A DNA stretch of 64,000 bases from Octopus vulgaris (Eukaryota): positions 73,408,001 through 73,472,000 of the forward strand of contig OX597824.1 in assembly GCA_951406725.2 (NCBI GenBank), written 5' to 3'. Shown here in pieces: positions 1 to 14,465 of the stretch. The first letter of the stretch is position 1, and each line of letters starts with the position of its first letter. The notes under the pieces are model-generated. The model saw only the letters and a program-made list of their open reading frames with translations, ran no database searches and was not told the DNA's origin. The position numbers were made by a program, and so were the translations under genes.

Positions 1-385
1 CCAGCTTGGCGCCTTAGTAAAATAACTAATAACAACAATAATATAAGTGGCTAGCAAGCAAAAGCTGATAAATGGTAAATCCAATGTATTATAAATAATT
101 TGTAATTATAAGGCACACAAGGTGCTGGCATAGATCTATTAGTTTTGGATACCCCCTCATGCATCTGCCAACATAATGAAGTAACTTCAAGCTCCCCCAG
201 AAACAACTGTTGGACTTGTAATACCATACCTTCTCTTCTAATTCTTTGAGTTTATATGATCTTAGTAAGTCTGCTCCATTAATATGTAAATATATATATA
301 TATTTGTATATATATATTTATACTTGAATGTTAACCATCTGAAAATTTTTCTGTCTCTTACTTTTCTTTATTTACATGTATACAA

Positions 386-560
386 CATCATTATTTAATA
401 TCTGTTGTCCATGCTGGCATGGGTTGGATGGTTGGACCAGCGCTGGCAAGCTGGGGAGCTGCACCAGACTCCAGTCTGATTTGGCATTGTTGCTACTGCT
501 AGATGCCTTCTTAATACCAACCACTTAACAGAATGTGCTGAGTGCTTTTCCATGTAAGTT
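386..560 (-). mobile_element. Degenerate RTE-type 3'-end repeat (LINE 3' UTR remnant or RTE-tailed SINE)
   Basis: ccatgctggcatgggttgga...gatgccttcttaataccaaccact, shared with copies at 24662, 36935 and 50287. Confidence 0.6.
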
Positions 561-990
561 CTTGTACTTACTTTGAGCACTACAAGATGTTTTCTATATA
601 GAGATTCTTCCAATGTTATCTGTTAACTCTCTTTCTCACTATATATATATATATATATATAGATAGAGATGGAAAAAAAGTCAAGGTAGAAAATGCTAAA
701 ATAATTTTATAAAAATCATTTCAGTACCGGTTTCAGTCATTGAGACATTTTCAACTCTAAAGTATGGAAAACAACTAAATTTTGGAAAATTTTAATTTTA
801 AAAGAATATTTATATAGTATTCAAATACAAGAGGCATTTTCCTTGTTTCTACCTGTCTCTGTCTTTCTTGTATACTCTTGTGGGTTTGAGGTCGTTTTGG
901 ATTCTTGGTAGGGGAGAAGAAGAATGCAGGAGTGCCATGATAGTAGTATGTTAAACGGTCAAGCGCCATTTATATATATATATTTTGGTG

Positions 991-1147
991 TAGGCATGAC
1001 TGTGTGGTAAGAAGCTTCCTTCCCATCCACATGGTTCAGGGTTCAGTCACACTGTTTGGCACTTTGGGCAAGTGTCTTTTACTATAGCCTTGGGCCGACC
1101 AAAGCCTTATGAGTGGATTTGGTCGACGGAAACTGAAAGAAGCCTGT

Positions 1148-1188
<41 letters not shown>

Positions 1189-1378
1189 TTGTGTGTTTGT
1201 CCCTCCACCATCACTTGACAATCGATCTTGGTGTGTTTACGTCTCCCATAACTTAGCAGTTCGATAAAAAACACTGATAAAGTAAGTACCAGGCTTACAA
1301 AGAATAAGTTCAGGGATTGATTTCTTTGACTAAAAGGCAGTGCTCCAGCATGGCTACAGTAATCAAGCAAAAAGAATA
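991..1378 (+). mobile_element. tRNA-derived SINE family A
   Basis: Head tgtgtggtaagaagc...ggttcagtc, body gggcaagtgtctt...ggaaactgaaagaagcc, internal (TA)/(TG), tail ggcagtgctccagcatgg. Confidence 0.85.
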
Positions 1379-1530
1379 TATATTTGATATTTTGAACTAC
1401 TGGGTATATGTTGCTTAGTGTGTTGAAGTGTTGAGTAGAGCACTGACATAGTCTAGGCTATCTTGTGTCATTCGCAGTTAGGGTATATTTTCGTTGTGTC
1501 TACTTCAGGAATTCTGCAGCGTTAGTTGAG

Positions 1531-1644
1531 ATAATGATAATTGATTAAGTAACCAGAAGATGGATTTGGTATTAATCTTTATTTTGTACAAAATAAAGAT
1601 TAATACCAAATTCATCTTCTGGTTACTTAATCAATTATCATTAT
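1531..1644. repeat. 114-bp spacer-less palindrome (57-bp arms, 1 mismatch)
   Basis: ataatgataattgattaag...ttttgt|acaaaa...cttaatcaattatcattat. Confidence 0.9.
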
Positions 1645-1675
1645 ATATTTGTGTATGTGTGTGTGTGTGTGTGTG

Positions 1676-1752
<77 letters not shown>

Positions 1753-1855
1753 ATATATATATTTGATATGATTTTAAAACAAAACTGTCCTACGAATGGA
1801 AATGTGAAACTCTGGGTAACAACTTTTGTTATATTTCTGCTGCTTTTAAATAAAG

Positions 1856-1906
<51 letters not shown>

Positions 1907-1921
1907 ATATATAATATATAT

Positions 1922-2300
1922 ATTCTTTTATTTTTTTTACTTGTTTCAGTCATTTGACTGCAGCCATGGAGCACCACCTTCAGTCAAACAAATCGATCCC
2001 AGGACTTATTCGTTGTAAGCCTTGTACTTATTCTATCGGTCATGTTGCGCAAACTGCTAAGTTACAGGGATGTAAACACACCAACATCAGTTGTCAAGCT
2101 ATTGTGGGGTGGAGTGTGGGGTGGAGAAGCACAGACACAAAGACATACACATAAATATATACATATATATATGACAGGCTTCTTTCACTTTCCATCTACC
2201 AAATCTGCTCACAAGATGTTGGTTGGCCTGAAGCTATAGTAGATGGCACTTGCTCAGGTGCTACGCAGTGGGACTGAACCCAAAACCATGCGATTGGGAG
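1922..2300 (-). mobile_element. SINE family A
   Basis: Reverse complement of the family A consensus, tail at left. Confidence 0.85.
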
Positions 2301-2645
2301 ACACCCCTCAGTATTCAGATTTATCTATGGAGACACAACCTGATGCTTCAAACTTGTTAAAAGTATTATTATTTTTGCATATACATATATTCGAAGGTTA
2401 TAATGGACACAGGTTCATGTGTCACATAGCTAGCTAGAGGTGATGGCCTCTTGCAGCTAATCAACAGCAGCTTTCATCCTATATTCATGGACTGCCATAT
2501 TAGCTTGGCGATAACTATTGATATATATATATATGTGTGTGTGTGTATATATATGTGTGTATATATATATGTGTGTATATATATGTGTGTATATATATAT
2601 GTGTGTATATATATATATGTGTATATATATGTATATACATATATC

Positions 2646-2685
<40 letters not shown>

Positions 2686-2893
2686 CATATATATATATTC
2701 TTTTATTTTTTTTACTTGTTTCAGTCATTTGACTGCAGCCATGCTGGAGCACCACCTTTAGTCAATCAAATCGATCCCAGGACTTATTCTTTGTAAGCCT
2801 AGTATTTATTCTATTGGTGTCTTTTACAGATACATAAACACACCAACATTGGTTATACAACATCGGATGTATAACTGCTTATAGCAACTACCC

Positions 2894-3320
2894 ATGCCAT
2901 GAATACCAGAAGCAAAAGAGTTGTCTGATTTCGAGAGAGGGTGTACTGTGGGTGAATCTAAGGGTGCACTTAGCCAGCTAAAGATTGCATAAAACCTTTT
3001 TGGGATTCCTCTTGTCACAGCCAGCAGAGTAATTGTACCATTCACCTGCAAAAGAAAGAAATCAACAACATCCTATTCAAGTTGAACTGGTCCCTCTGAC
3101 AAGATGTCTCTGGGCTGTCATATGGACTGTTGGAGATAATCCCTGTTGCAAGGTGGCTGATGTTGCAGAACAACTCCAATGAGTTGGAGTACTTCTATGG
3201 GGGTGTCTTTATCCATTTGGCTACCATGGTAGAGCAGTGAAAAAGAAACCTCTTCTTTGACCAGTAAACGGCAAAAGAAAGAGAATTAAGTCTTTCAAAA
3301 ATGATGGAATCTATTTACTT
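2894..3320 (+). mobile_element. Degenerate Tc1-like transposase 5' fragment
   Basis: MP*IPEAKELSDFERGCTVG and GYHGRAVKKKPLL* resemble Tc1 N-terminal HTH regions; contains stops and frameshifts. Confidence 0.6.
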
Positions 3321-3402
3321 TTGAGATGTCTGTCTGTATGCATGTATCTATTTATAGACACATATATACATAAAATTTATATATATATATATAAATAAAT
3401 AA

Positions 3403-3449
<47 letters not shown>

Positions 3450-3478
3450 CATACAGATATAAATTTATTATATATAAT

Positions 3479-3912
3479 AGGCGTGGCTGTATGGTAAGAA
3501 GCTTGCTTCCCAACCATATGGTTCCGGGTTCAATCGCAGTGTGACATCTTGGACAAGTGTCTTCTATTATAGCCTCGGTTCGACCAAAGCTTTGTGAGTG
3601 GATTTGGCAGACGGAAACTGAAAGAGACCGTCGTGAGGATGATCCGGTTCTTGACAGAGGATAAAAGGTTTCGAATGACCCGTCCTCGTTTTTTTGTATC
3701 GTCTATCTGGATGTTTTGCGTTCTTGTCCCATTTTGTATTTTATTTGATATATATATATATATATATATTTATGTGTGTGTCTGTGTTTGTGCCCTCCAC
3801 TATCGCTTGACAACCGTAGGTTTGTTTACGTCCCCGTAGCTTAGCATGACTTCGGCTGAAAGGCGGTGCTCCAGCATGGCCACAATCAAACAACTGAAAC
3901 AAATAAAAGAAT
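3479..3912 (+). mobile_element. SINE family A with ~115-bp insert in its central microsatellite
   Basis: Head 3479-3635, foreign segment about 3636-3750, body resumes at the (TA)(TG) tract. Confidence 0.75.
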
Positions 3913-4112
3913 ATATATATATATATGTGTGTGTGTATATATATATACACAAATATAAATATACACACACGCGTAGATACAAGTAAATCCTCTGCTATAT
4001 GGCTTTTGTCTATGGAATTTCGGGTGGCTGAAAATAAATGAACCAAAATTGTCAGATAGACAGAGAGATAGATACATACATATATACCATAGAAAGAAAT
4101 AAGGAGAGAGCT

Positions 4113-4144
<32 letters not shown>

Positions 4145-4538
4145 TGTGTGTGAAAATTCGTGCTGTGTCCGGGTATAGTGACGGGGGGTGTTAAATAGTA
4201 TTAAAACAAGTGCTGGAAGCAATTGCAGGGTGGTGGAAAGAGAAAGAGTAGGGTAAAATGTGACAATTTGACAGGGAATGAGGCATGCTGGGAAAAAGAC
4301 AGTGCTGTGACAACAACTGTCGCCGCCCATACCGGAAGCTTTCAGACTTCCTTCTCTTTCTCTCTTTCTTCTTTCGTTTACTCCTTTCATTCCGTCACTG
4401 ATTTTTCACACACTCCCCCTCCTCTCTCTCACTTTATAAAGGCAAAGAGAAATCCTATCTTCTGTCTTTCTCTCCTCCCTCTCTCTATTTATATATATGT
4501 ATACAAAAAAGGGAGTGGGATTCCCCCCTCTCTGTGTT

Positions 4539-4581
<43 letters not shown>

Positions 4582-4809
4582 TATATATGTGTATACAAAA
4601 AGATTCTGTATGTTATGTATAAAATAAACACACACACACGAGTCGTATATATCCTGTTATATATATATAAGACGGGATTCTCCTCTATATATAAGAGAGG
4701 GAAGCCGTCTCTCGCTTGATATATATATATATATATATATACATAAATGTGTATGCTTGTAGTGTATATATATGTATATATATATTAACATACACATATC
4801 ATGTGTATT

Positions 4810-4840
<31 letters not shown>

Positions 4841-4952
4841 CATGTGTTTATATATATATTTATATGGGATGTAAAGATCCTATATATCGTGTGTGAGCAT
4901 ATGATTGATTCTAGTTTCAGCTCATGAGCTGTGGCCATGCTGGGGCACCGCC

Positions 4953-4993
<41 letters not shown>

Positions 4994-5339
4994 CATCATC
5001 ATTGTGTATGTTTTCAGAGTGACATGTATGAACAAACGTCACCACTGAAGATATGCGTAAAAATATGTATGTATACATATGAATAAGACGTGTTGTGTTG
5101 GTGGTTCGTACCTGTCTGCCTGTCTGTCTGTCTGCTTGTTTGTTTCTGTGTATGAATGAATGAATGAATGTGTGTGTCTATGTATTGCTATGTGCTTCTT
5201 CCTCTCTCTGTATATATGTATATATTTCTAAATCATTTCCCCACTCTCTTTCTTTCTGCTTATGTCTATTACTCTCTCTTTCCTCTCGTGTATATCTCTG
5301 TCTGTCTCTCTTTCTCTCTCTCTCTCAGTGTGTTTAAGT

Positions 5340-5520
5340 GAGCGTGTGTGAGTGTGTATATGTATATGCGCGCGCCTGTCAAAGTGTATGTTGTGTAGGT
5401 GCGCGCCAATCGTCACTTATATGCATATATGCGGACGTGTTTGCGGCTAAGTAAAGGAGTGCGTGGTGGATTCTCTGAGCCTGGATGGCCAGTCGTACGC
5501 TTGCTAGCCGACTGGAATTT
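5340..5520 (+). promoter_or_regulatory. Putative promoter / 5' region of the PKD gene
   Basis: Non-repeat, CpG-enriched patch (gcgcgcgcc, gtgcgcgccaatcg with a CCAAT box near 5407) about 300-500 bp upstream of the exon, in an otherwise CpG-poor window. Confidence 0.45.
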
Positions 5521-5832
5521 TTTTTATTTATTTTATTTATATTAACACATATAAATACATATACATGTATTTCTCTCTTCAATAGCAATTCGCAAGTTTT
5601 CTATTCCCTCGCTTGAAGAAAAAAAAATCATTACGCTATTTATATATTTTTAAAAAATCCACCAAAAGTTTAACGTTTTCTCAATTTTAGAATCCGAAGT
5701 TGTGTATAAATTAAAAAGCAACAATATAAACGTGTTAAGGGGGAAGAGAAAGTGGTCTGGATTGGGGGGGTTTCATACGGATTTGCAGTTACACTCTCAA
5801 AACAAACAGTAGCAACAACAATAATGATAACG

Positions 5833-5967
5833 ATGGAAGAAAGTGGCCCCAGAGAGAAACTTAGTTTTATGATCCAAATCGGACTATGTCGGGAGCAAGT
5901 GAATATCGAAGGCGAACCTACTCTATCAGCATTAAAGGATATAGCATGTGGGTTCGTCGACAGAAAG
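5833..5967 (+). CDS. PRKD: First coding exon of serine/threonine protein kinase D (PKD/PRKD family); start may be ATG 5824 or 5833
   Basis: Translates (MIT)MEESGPREKLSFMIQIGLCREQVNIEGEPTLSALKDIACGFVDRK, resembling the recalled PKD N-terminal segment (SFHLQIGLSRE...REMACSIVDQK of PRKD1). Ends at a phase-0 donor AAG|GTGAGT at 5967/5968. ATG 5833 has good Kozak context (acgATGg). Confidence 0.85.
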
Positions 5968-5989
5968 GTGAGTAGCTAATAATCTATTT

Positions 5990-6033
<44 letters not shown>

Positions 6034-6398
6034 TATACATACACATATATATATATATATATATACATACATATATATACACATACATATATATACATAT
6101 ATATATGTATGTGTGTGTACGTGGTCACATACGTCTGTACACATTTGTGTAAACAATAGCGACTCATTGAATTCCATGCAACTGTAGTCTTTTTTAATTA
6201 CTTTATATTTTCCCCTCTTATCACTGTGGCTATCATAGTTGAGTATTGTATATATATGTATGTGTGTGTGTGTGTGTCCAATTCTATGTCAACACTTGGA
6301 CACTTACAATATGGATCAAACCTAAATTTCCCCTCGGAACCAATATACATCCATCCTTCCACGTATTCATATCATCTAACTATCCGTCTCATAGATGA

Positions 6399-6730
<332 letters not shown>

Positions 6731-7399
6731 TTATCTAACATCCATACATGTTTTATAACCATCCCTCTCTCTCTCTCTCTCTCTCTCTGTATCTATCTCT
6801 TTATCTATCTGTTTATATATATGTGTGTGTGAGTGTGTATATGTATCTACACACACACGTTTGAAATGTATACTGATTATAAGCGGAGGTATCTGTTAAA
6901 TGTTTTGTATATATTTTGTGATTTTGTGTGTATGCACGTGTATACATGCACAGTATATCGTTTATACTATCGACACATTTTCACTATTGTAGGTACTTAC
7001 ATACTAAACACACACGTATAAAAAAAACACACAAATATATATATATATGTATAACTATATCTCTATCTATATGTGTATATGTGCAAATTATGGCCTCAAA
7101 GGTTCTACAGAATGTTAGCTGCTGATGCGTGTGTGTGTGTGTGTATTTAAGTGTCTGCCAATTGTTGATGCAGTGAATTCTTTGCAACTTGGCATAGCAT
7201 CTGTTTCCTTGTCGCAACTGCAAGGAATAAAGTAGAGGTTTTTTTTTTTTTTTTACTTGTTTGTTTTTAATCTTGCCTTCGAGGGGGGAACTGCGACACG
7301 GGATAAGGGCGAGGGAAAAGGAATATTAAAACGGCGGAGGAAGATAGAGAAAGAAAAAAAGAAATAGTGTACTACAGCACAAACACTCACATGTGTGTT

Positions 7400-7504
7400 T
7401 GTATATATATACATATATATATCTACATACACATATATATATACATACACACACATATATATATACATATATATATATATACACACACATATATATATAT
7501 ATAT

Positions 7505-7537
<33 letters not shown>

Positions 7538-7562
7538 CACATACATATATATATACACATAC

Positions 7563-7595
<33 letters not shown>

Positions 7596-7929
7596 CATAT
7601 ATACACATACATACACACACACATATACATATATATATATTTACATATATACACATACATACACACACACATATATGTTTACATACATACACACACTTAT
7701 ATATATACACATATATACACACATATATATATGCTCACACACACATACATATATATATACATACACATACATTTGTATTATATATATAAATATATGTAAG
7801 ATATATATATATATATACTTGTATAAATACCTATACGCATACATAGATGTATATATATGCATGTATACATACATGCACACATACACTCACGAGCACACAC
7901 ATATATGCACACAAACACGCAAACGTCTA

Positions 7930-7996
<67 letters not shown>

Positions 7997-8000
7997 ACTC
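7400..8000. repeat. Compound (TA)n/(CA)n microsatellite
   Basis: Direct reading. Confidence 0.95.
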
Positions 8001-8861
8001 ACAATCATGTATACGTGCATGCATAAATTCGAGCAAAACTACTGAGAGCTTTTTAATTCATCTTATTTCTGAAGTTCAAATAGCTTTTAAGTTTTCAGAA
8101 AGTAGGTCTAAATAGTCACATAGAAGTTAAATGCCTGTTCATTCATACAAGTGGTTACCAAAATCATAATGCTCTGTGTAACGATCATACATCTATTTTA
8201 AAACAGTTTTTAGCAAATGTAAATTGTTATTAATCAATAAAATAACAACCTCCCAAAATAAACAAAAACAAGAGAATTCTTGCCAAAATCATATTCGCTT
8301 AATTTACTCAAGTATAATTATTAACTGAAACTTTTTAAAGTTTTGAAATCTACGATCGTATTGTCAGAAACTTAAGCACGATCTCTGATAAGATAAATTT
8401 ATTGTTTCTCTTTCAACACTGACTGAATTTGAACAACTTTTGTTGTTGATGTTTAGCATCAAGTCAGCTTAAATGAAGCAGGCCTGACCATTGGTATTCC
8501 AATCATAGCTGTCTAATAATCATCAGACATTTGTATCTAGGACTTGATTATCCAATGTATTATTCCTTCATTAGAATTGTTATTTTTTTTATTGTGGCGA
8601 TTATAGAGTGTATTTTGAGGAAGATTTAGCTACTACGTCTAACAGGTGAAGTGACTATGTAGAGTTTGAAAATCTGTCACTGACTCTTGTTAAAAAAAAC
8701 AAACTTTTTGTTTTCCTAACGAGGGTGAAAGGAGCGGAATATGTTTAATTCGAAATAAAATTGTCAGCATTCCAACACAGTTGTAAAAGTAACTGGTTAT
8801 TGTTCTTGATCGTCATCGATGTGAGTGTGTGTGTGGATATATATATATATATATATATATA

Positions 8862-9232
8862 TTCTTTTATTATTGTTTCAGTCATTTGACTGCGACCATG
8901 CTGGAGCACCGCCTTCAGTCGAACAAATCCACTGCAGGACTTATTCCTTGTAAGCCTAGTACTTATTCTGTCGATGACTTTTTGCCGAACCACTAAGTTA
9001 CGGGGACGCAAATACACCAGCATTAGTTGTCAAGTGATGGTGAGGGGACAAACACACACACACACACATATATGATGGGCTTCTTTCAGTTTCCGTCTAC
9101 CAAATCCACTCACAAGGCTTGGGTCGGCCTGAGACTATAGTAGAAGACACTTACGCAAGGTGGCAGGCAGTGGGACTGAACCGGGAACTATGTGGTTGGG
9201 AAGCAAGCTTCTTACCTCACAGCCACTCCTGC
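8862..9232 (-). mobile_element. SINE family A
   Basis: Full reverse copy, head ending cacagccactcctgcg. Confidence 0.85.
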
Positions 9233-9233
9233 G

Positions 9234-9269
<36 letters not shown>

Positions 9270-9731
9270 TGTATGTATGTACATATTAATCAGATCGTGA
9301 ACGTAAAACACTGAGCAACGACTCATTCTCAATTTTGAATAAGATGTACTATTGAGTACTTCTTTTCACATCAGTATAAATGATAATACCGATGTTTTGT
9401 TTATGTATGTATGTATGTATGTACGTACGTATGTATGCGTATGTCTGTTTGTCGCTCATATACAAACACGCACACATACACACACACACACACACATACA
9501 TACATACATACATACATACATACATACATACATACATACATACATACATGCACACACACATACACATCCATAAAAACACATTAACGTACGCACAGATACA
9601 TCTAATTGCTAGCGAATTAAATTTATTAATTGAGAATATCCCCAAAGTCTTTCTTTTGTTGATTTCTAGACAACTTTTTGTATGTCACGACAAGGATTGC
9701 TAAAAATAACGAAAAGGTGTGGCATACCGAA

Positions 9732-9734
<3 letters not shown>

Positions 9735-9765
<31 letters not shown>

Positions 9766-9770
9766 ATATA

Positions 9771-9841
<71 letters not shown>

Positions 9842-9844
9842 ATA

Positions 9845-9883
<39 letters not shown>

Positions 9884-9888
9884 ATATA

Positions 9889-9919
<31 letters not shown>

Positions 9920-9981
9920 GATATATAATATATTATATATATATATATATATATATAATATATGATATATAATATGATATG

Positions 9982-10012
<31 letters not shown>

Positions 10013-10016
10013 GATA

Positions 10017-10063
<47 letters not shown>

Positions 10064-10066
10064 ATG

Positions 10067-10114
<48 letters not shown>

Positions 10115-10141
10115 GATATGATATATTATATATATATATAT
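9735..10141. repeat. Interrupted (TA)n microsatellite
   Basis: Direct reading. Confidence 0.95.
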
Positions 10142-10385
10142 GCTTGTATTCTCTTGTTTAATTATAGACTAGCACCCCGGTTTTTAGCTACATCCTACGA
10201 TATGTACCGAACCTGAAACATTGCATGGACATACACCGCATGTTGTATAAATGTGCCAAACCATTGTATCTCCACCACATGAAACTCTTAGTAGCTCTTT
10301 TGTAAAATGTGTGTATTAAATGATATTTATCTCTCACTGGATGGAGTACTTTTTTTGTTGATCCTACTTATACTAGAACAGTAAA

Positions 10386-10437
<52 letters not shown>

Positions 10438-10451
10438 ACACATATATATAT

Positions 10452-10837
10452 ACTCTTTTACTTGTTTCAGTCATTTGTCTGTGACCATGCTGGAGCACCG
10501 CCTTTAGTCAGGCAAAACAATCCCAGGACTTATTCTTTGTAAGCCTAGTACTTACTCTGTCGGTCTCTTTTGCCAAACCGCTAAGTTACAGGGACATACA
10601 CACACCAGCATCGGTTGTCAAGCGATGTTGGGGGTGGGACATACATATACACACACATATATATACATATATACGACGGGCTTCTTTCTGTTTCTGTCTA
10701 CTAAATCCACTTACAAGGCTTTGGTTGGCCCGAGGCTGTAGTAGGACACACCTTGCCGAAAGTACCACTCAGTGATACTGAACCTGCAACCATGTGGTTC
10801 GTAAGCAAGCTACTTACCACACAGCCACTCCTATGCC
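10452..10837 (-). mobile_element. SINE family A
   Basis: Full reverse copy. Confidence 0.85.
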
Positions 10838-10876
10838 TGAAATATATATTTATATATACACACATATACATACATA

Positions 10877-10922
<46 letters not shown>

Positions 10923-11057
10923 TACATATATATATAAACACATATACATACATATATATATAAACACATATACATACATATATGTATATATATATACATA
11001 CACATATACATATGTATATATACACATATATATATACATATATATATATATATACAC

Positions 11058-11088
<31 letters not shown>

Positions 11089-11452
11089 CACATATACGCA
11101 TATATATATATATATATATATATTAGATGTACTGACATAATTTTCAAGTATTACAAAGGAAACCTGTGTCAGGTCATGGTGTTCGGAAGTCTGAACGAGC
11201 CTTTTGAGCTCAGTCTGTGTTATTCAAAGTGGCACACTGTTTTCCTTTCATTTTGTGAGCAACTGATTTTGTGATTGTGAAAGTTTTGTAGGAAAGAGTT
11301 TGTTGAATACGATGAACAGATAAGATGCTTACTGTATGAGATTTCGTTGACAATCTGGTGGTGATTGCAAGAAAACAACTAAGATTTGAAAGTAGTTTCA
11401 TACGAGAAGGAAGTGAAGTTGGTTTGGTTAAGTATTCAGAGACAAAAATGAT

Positions 11453-11501
<49 letters not shown>

Positions 11502-11502
<1 letters not shown>

Positions 11503-11898
11503 TAGCAGTATCGCCCGGCGTTGCTCGGGTTTGTAAGGGAAATAACTATATAAGCATTTTTAGAGAGTTATAACCAAAATATAATTAAAAAACGCATTAA
11601 AAATGGAAAAAAAATTTACGGTAAATTTTTTTTTAAATCGTAGACTCATCGTAGACATGTTTAGAGAATTACTTCCCTTATATAATAGCGAAAAATGCAT
11701 TAAAATGGAAAAAAATGATGGTAAATTATTTTTAAAATCGTAGACTCACCGTAGACGCGTGCTAATACCCAGAAGGGCTCGATATGAATCATGACTATAA
11801 GAGACCCGGTTTTGGTTAAACTGCACCGCAAAATGTGGGAGTAGTTAGGAATCTAAATCGTAGGAGACAGACCACAACTTCGCTTTTATATATAAAGA
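11502..11898 (-). mobile_element. Non-autonomous Helitron, family H1
   Basis: On the - strand: 5'-TC start, subterminal hairpin cccgagcaacgccggg, CTAG-3' end, inserted between A and T; internal ~120-bp duplication; second copy at 39997-40397. Confidence 0.8.
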
Positions 11899-11908
11899 TA
11901 TATAGGAA

Positions 11909-12300
11909 TAGGAGTGACTGTGTGGAAAGTATCTTGCTTAGGAACCACATGGTTCTGGGTTCAGTCCCACTACGTGGCACCTTGGGCAAGTTGTCTTCTA
12001 CTATATCCTTGGCCCGACCAAAGCCTTGTGAGTGGATTTGGTAGACGGAAACTGAACGAAGCCCATCGTATATATGTATATATATATATGTTTGTGTGTC
12101 TGTATATGTTTGCCCCACCCCCAACATTGCTTGACAACCGATGCTGGTGTGTTTACGTCCCCGTAACTTAGCAGTTTGGCAAAAGAGAACGATAGAATAA
12201 GTACTAGGCTTACAAAGAATAAGTCCTGGGGTCGATTTACTCAACTAAAGGCAGTGCTCCAGCATGGTCGCAGTCAAATGACTGAAACAAGTAAAAGAGT
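11909..12300 (+). mobile_element. SINE family A
   Basis: Full copy from aggagtgactgtgtgg to gaaacaagtaaaagag. Confidence 0.85.
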
Positions 12301-12315
12301 ATATATACATATATG

Positions 12316-12351
<36 letters not shown>

Positions 12352-13009
12352 TACATATATATATATATATAATGTTAAACTGTCGTATGTCCAAATTTGT
12401 CCAAATAAGTATTTTGCAATATTTATTTTTGCTTGCAATAGCTGGTTCTTTTGGTCAAATTATTGTCTCTTCAAATGCCAAGATATCAAAATCGTCAAAT
12501 TGTAGTACAATGGTTTTGCTATGGAAGGGTGAAACTATTTTTCTGTTTTCTGAAAAAATAACAACATTCTGGACTTACGACACTTTTGCATAATAGCAAC
12601 GATATATATGTATTTATATATTACTAGTGTTACTTGTCATATAACGGGTAACTTTGGAAGTATGCTTTTGCCAACATTAATATCAGGAAACATGACATAT
12701 CTGATAATTATAATTTAGCTTTTTATCAAATTTCTTGGTTCATATGCAAAAATGATGTAATTAATACTAATTTTCAAGAAAATTTTATATATTACACTGT
12801 CACTTATTTTCTCTTCTTTCCCCTGTTTTACTTATTCTTTCTCATTGTGTGTGTGTGTGTGTGTAGCATTCATTTACTCCTTGCCTGTTACCAAACCTAG
12901 TATGTGCACTCATCCTGCACCTCTTACTATAACTCTCTCCTCCTCTCTATACAATGTAAAGTGTAATTGGAGAAATCAGTCAGCCTGCCAGCATTGATAT
13001 TGGCTGTTA

Positions 13010-13237
13010 TTAACCCTTTGGTGTTCACATTATTCTGCCAAAATTAATCCTTTTCCATCCACATAGTTTTGAACTAATCATGCATTATCTTGTCGCTATG
13101 AGATTTTGATGAGGTAGCTGTTAATTTTTAAAACGATATTGTAGGGTTGGTGTGAGAGACCAGATCTGGCGGTTTGAACATAAAACAGGCAGAATACTTT
13201 TAGCCGGATATGGCCGGTTTAAATGCTAAAGGGTTAA
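13010..13237. mobile_element. TTAA-flanked MITE (piggyBac-like)
   Basis: ttaa-CCCTTT...AAAGGG-ttaa ends; related copies at 19810-20037 and 53598-54173. Confidence 0.7.
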
Positions 13238-13653
13238 ACAGATATAAAGGCAGTGAGCTGACAATTGTGACCATGCTTAGTGAAATGCTTAGCAGCATTT
13301 TGTCTGCCTTTACGTTCTGAGTTCAAATTCTGCTGAGGTCAACTTTGCCTTTCATCCTTTCGGAGTTGATAAAATAAGTACCGGGGTTGATGTAATCGAC
13401 TTAGTCATTTCCCTAAAATTACTGGCCATGTATAAAAATTTGAAACCGTTATTAAACAGAGATAGGAACACATCCAATTGCAGTGTAGGAGAGATAATAT
13501 AGGCCATTGATTGTTTCAAGTGTTTGTGGTCTGTAGCTGTAAAGTATGGGTTCATTTGATTTGGAATTTTGAGAAAGAATTAAAAACAAAAAGCAAAAAT
13601 AAAAATAGAACATGTTAAAATTTATATGCAATTTATATATACATAAAAGGCAT

Positions 13654-14060
13654 AGGAGTGGCTCTGTGGTAAGTAGCTTGCTTACCAACCACATGGTTCT
13701 GAGTTTAGTCCCACTGCTTGGCAACTTGGGTGTCTTCTACTATAGCCTCGGGCCGACCAAAGCCTTCTGAGTGGATTTGGTAGACAGAAACTGAAAGAAG
13801 CCCGTCGTATATTTGTATATATATATATATATATGTATGTATGTGTGTGTATATGTTTGTGTGTGTTTGTTTGTCCCCCCAGCATCGCTTGACAACTGAT
13901 GCTGGTGTGTTTACATCCCTGTAACTTAGCAGTTCAGCAAAAGAGACCGATAGAATAAGTACTAAGCTTACAAAGAATAAGTCCTGGGGTTGATTTGCTC
14001 AACTAAAGGCAGTGCTCCAGCATGGCTGCAGTCAAATGACTGAAACAAGTAAAAGAGTAA
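13654..14060 (+). mobile_element. SINE family A
   Basis: Full copy. Confidence 0.85.
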
Positions 14061-14465
14061 GTCCAACTTTCAAACTAAAAATCTTATCCAACCTTAGTAT
14101 GATCAATATTGCTTTAACTCCATTTACAGCAGAAAGTAGATATATCCGCTCAAAGTCTCATTACCCTTAAATGCAGAAAGCCGTTTTATATATGTCTATC
14201 TTATGTTAAGGAATATCATGTTAGTCAAGTTTATTGAGGCAACGTGACTTGCAGAAAATACCAAGTCTAGTTTTTTTTATAGATATTGAACAATGTTGCT
14301 GGAATAATCATGAAGTCTAAATCTGTAGTTAATGGGTTAAGGACATCAAACTCAACACAGTATAATTTTATTAGATGATTTCTCTTGATATAAGCACCAT
14401 ACAATACTCGATAGACACAAAATGTAAGAGTGCACTTTTTGATGCAAGTCTGATGAAATGCCACT

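Noticed and set aside
5045-5095. CTGAAGA hammerhead-like motif
   Set aside because: No GAAA box or helix III in the proper position.
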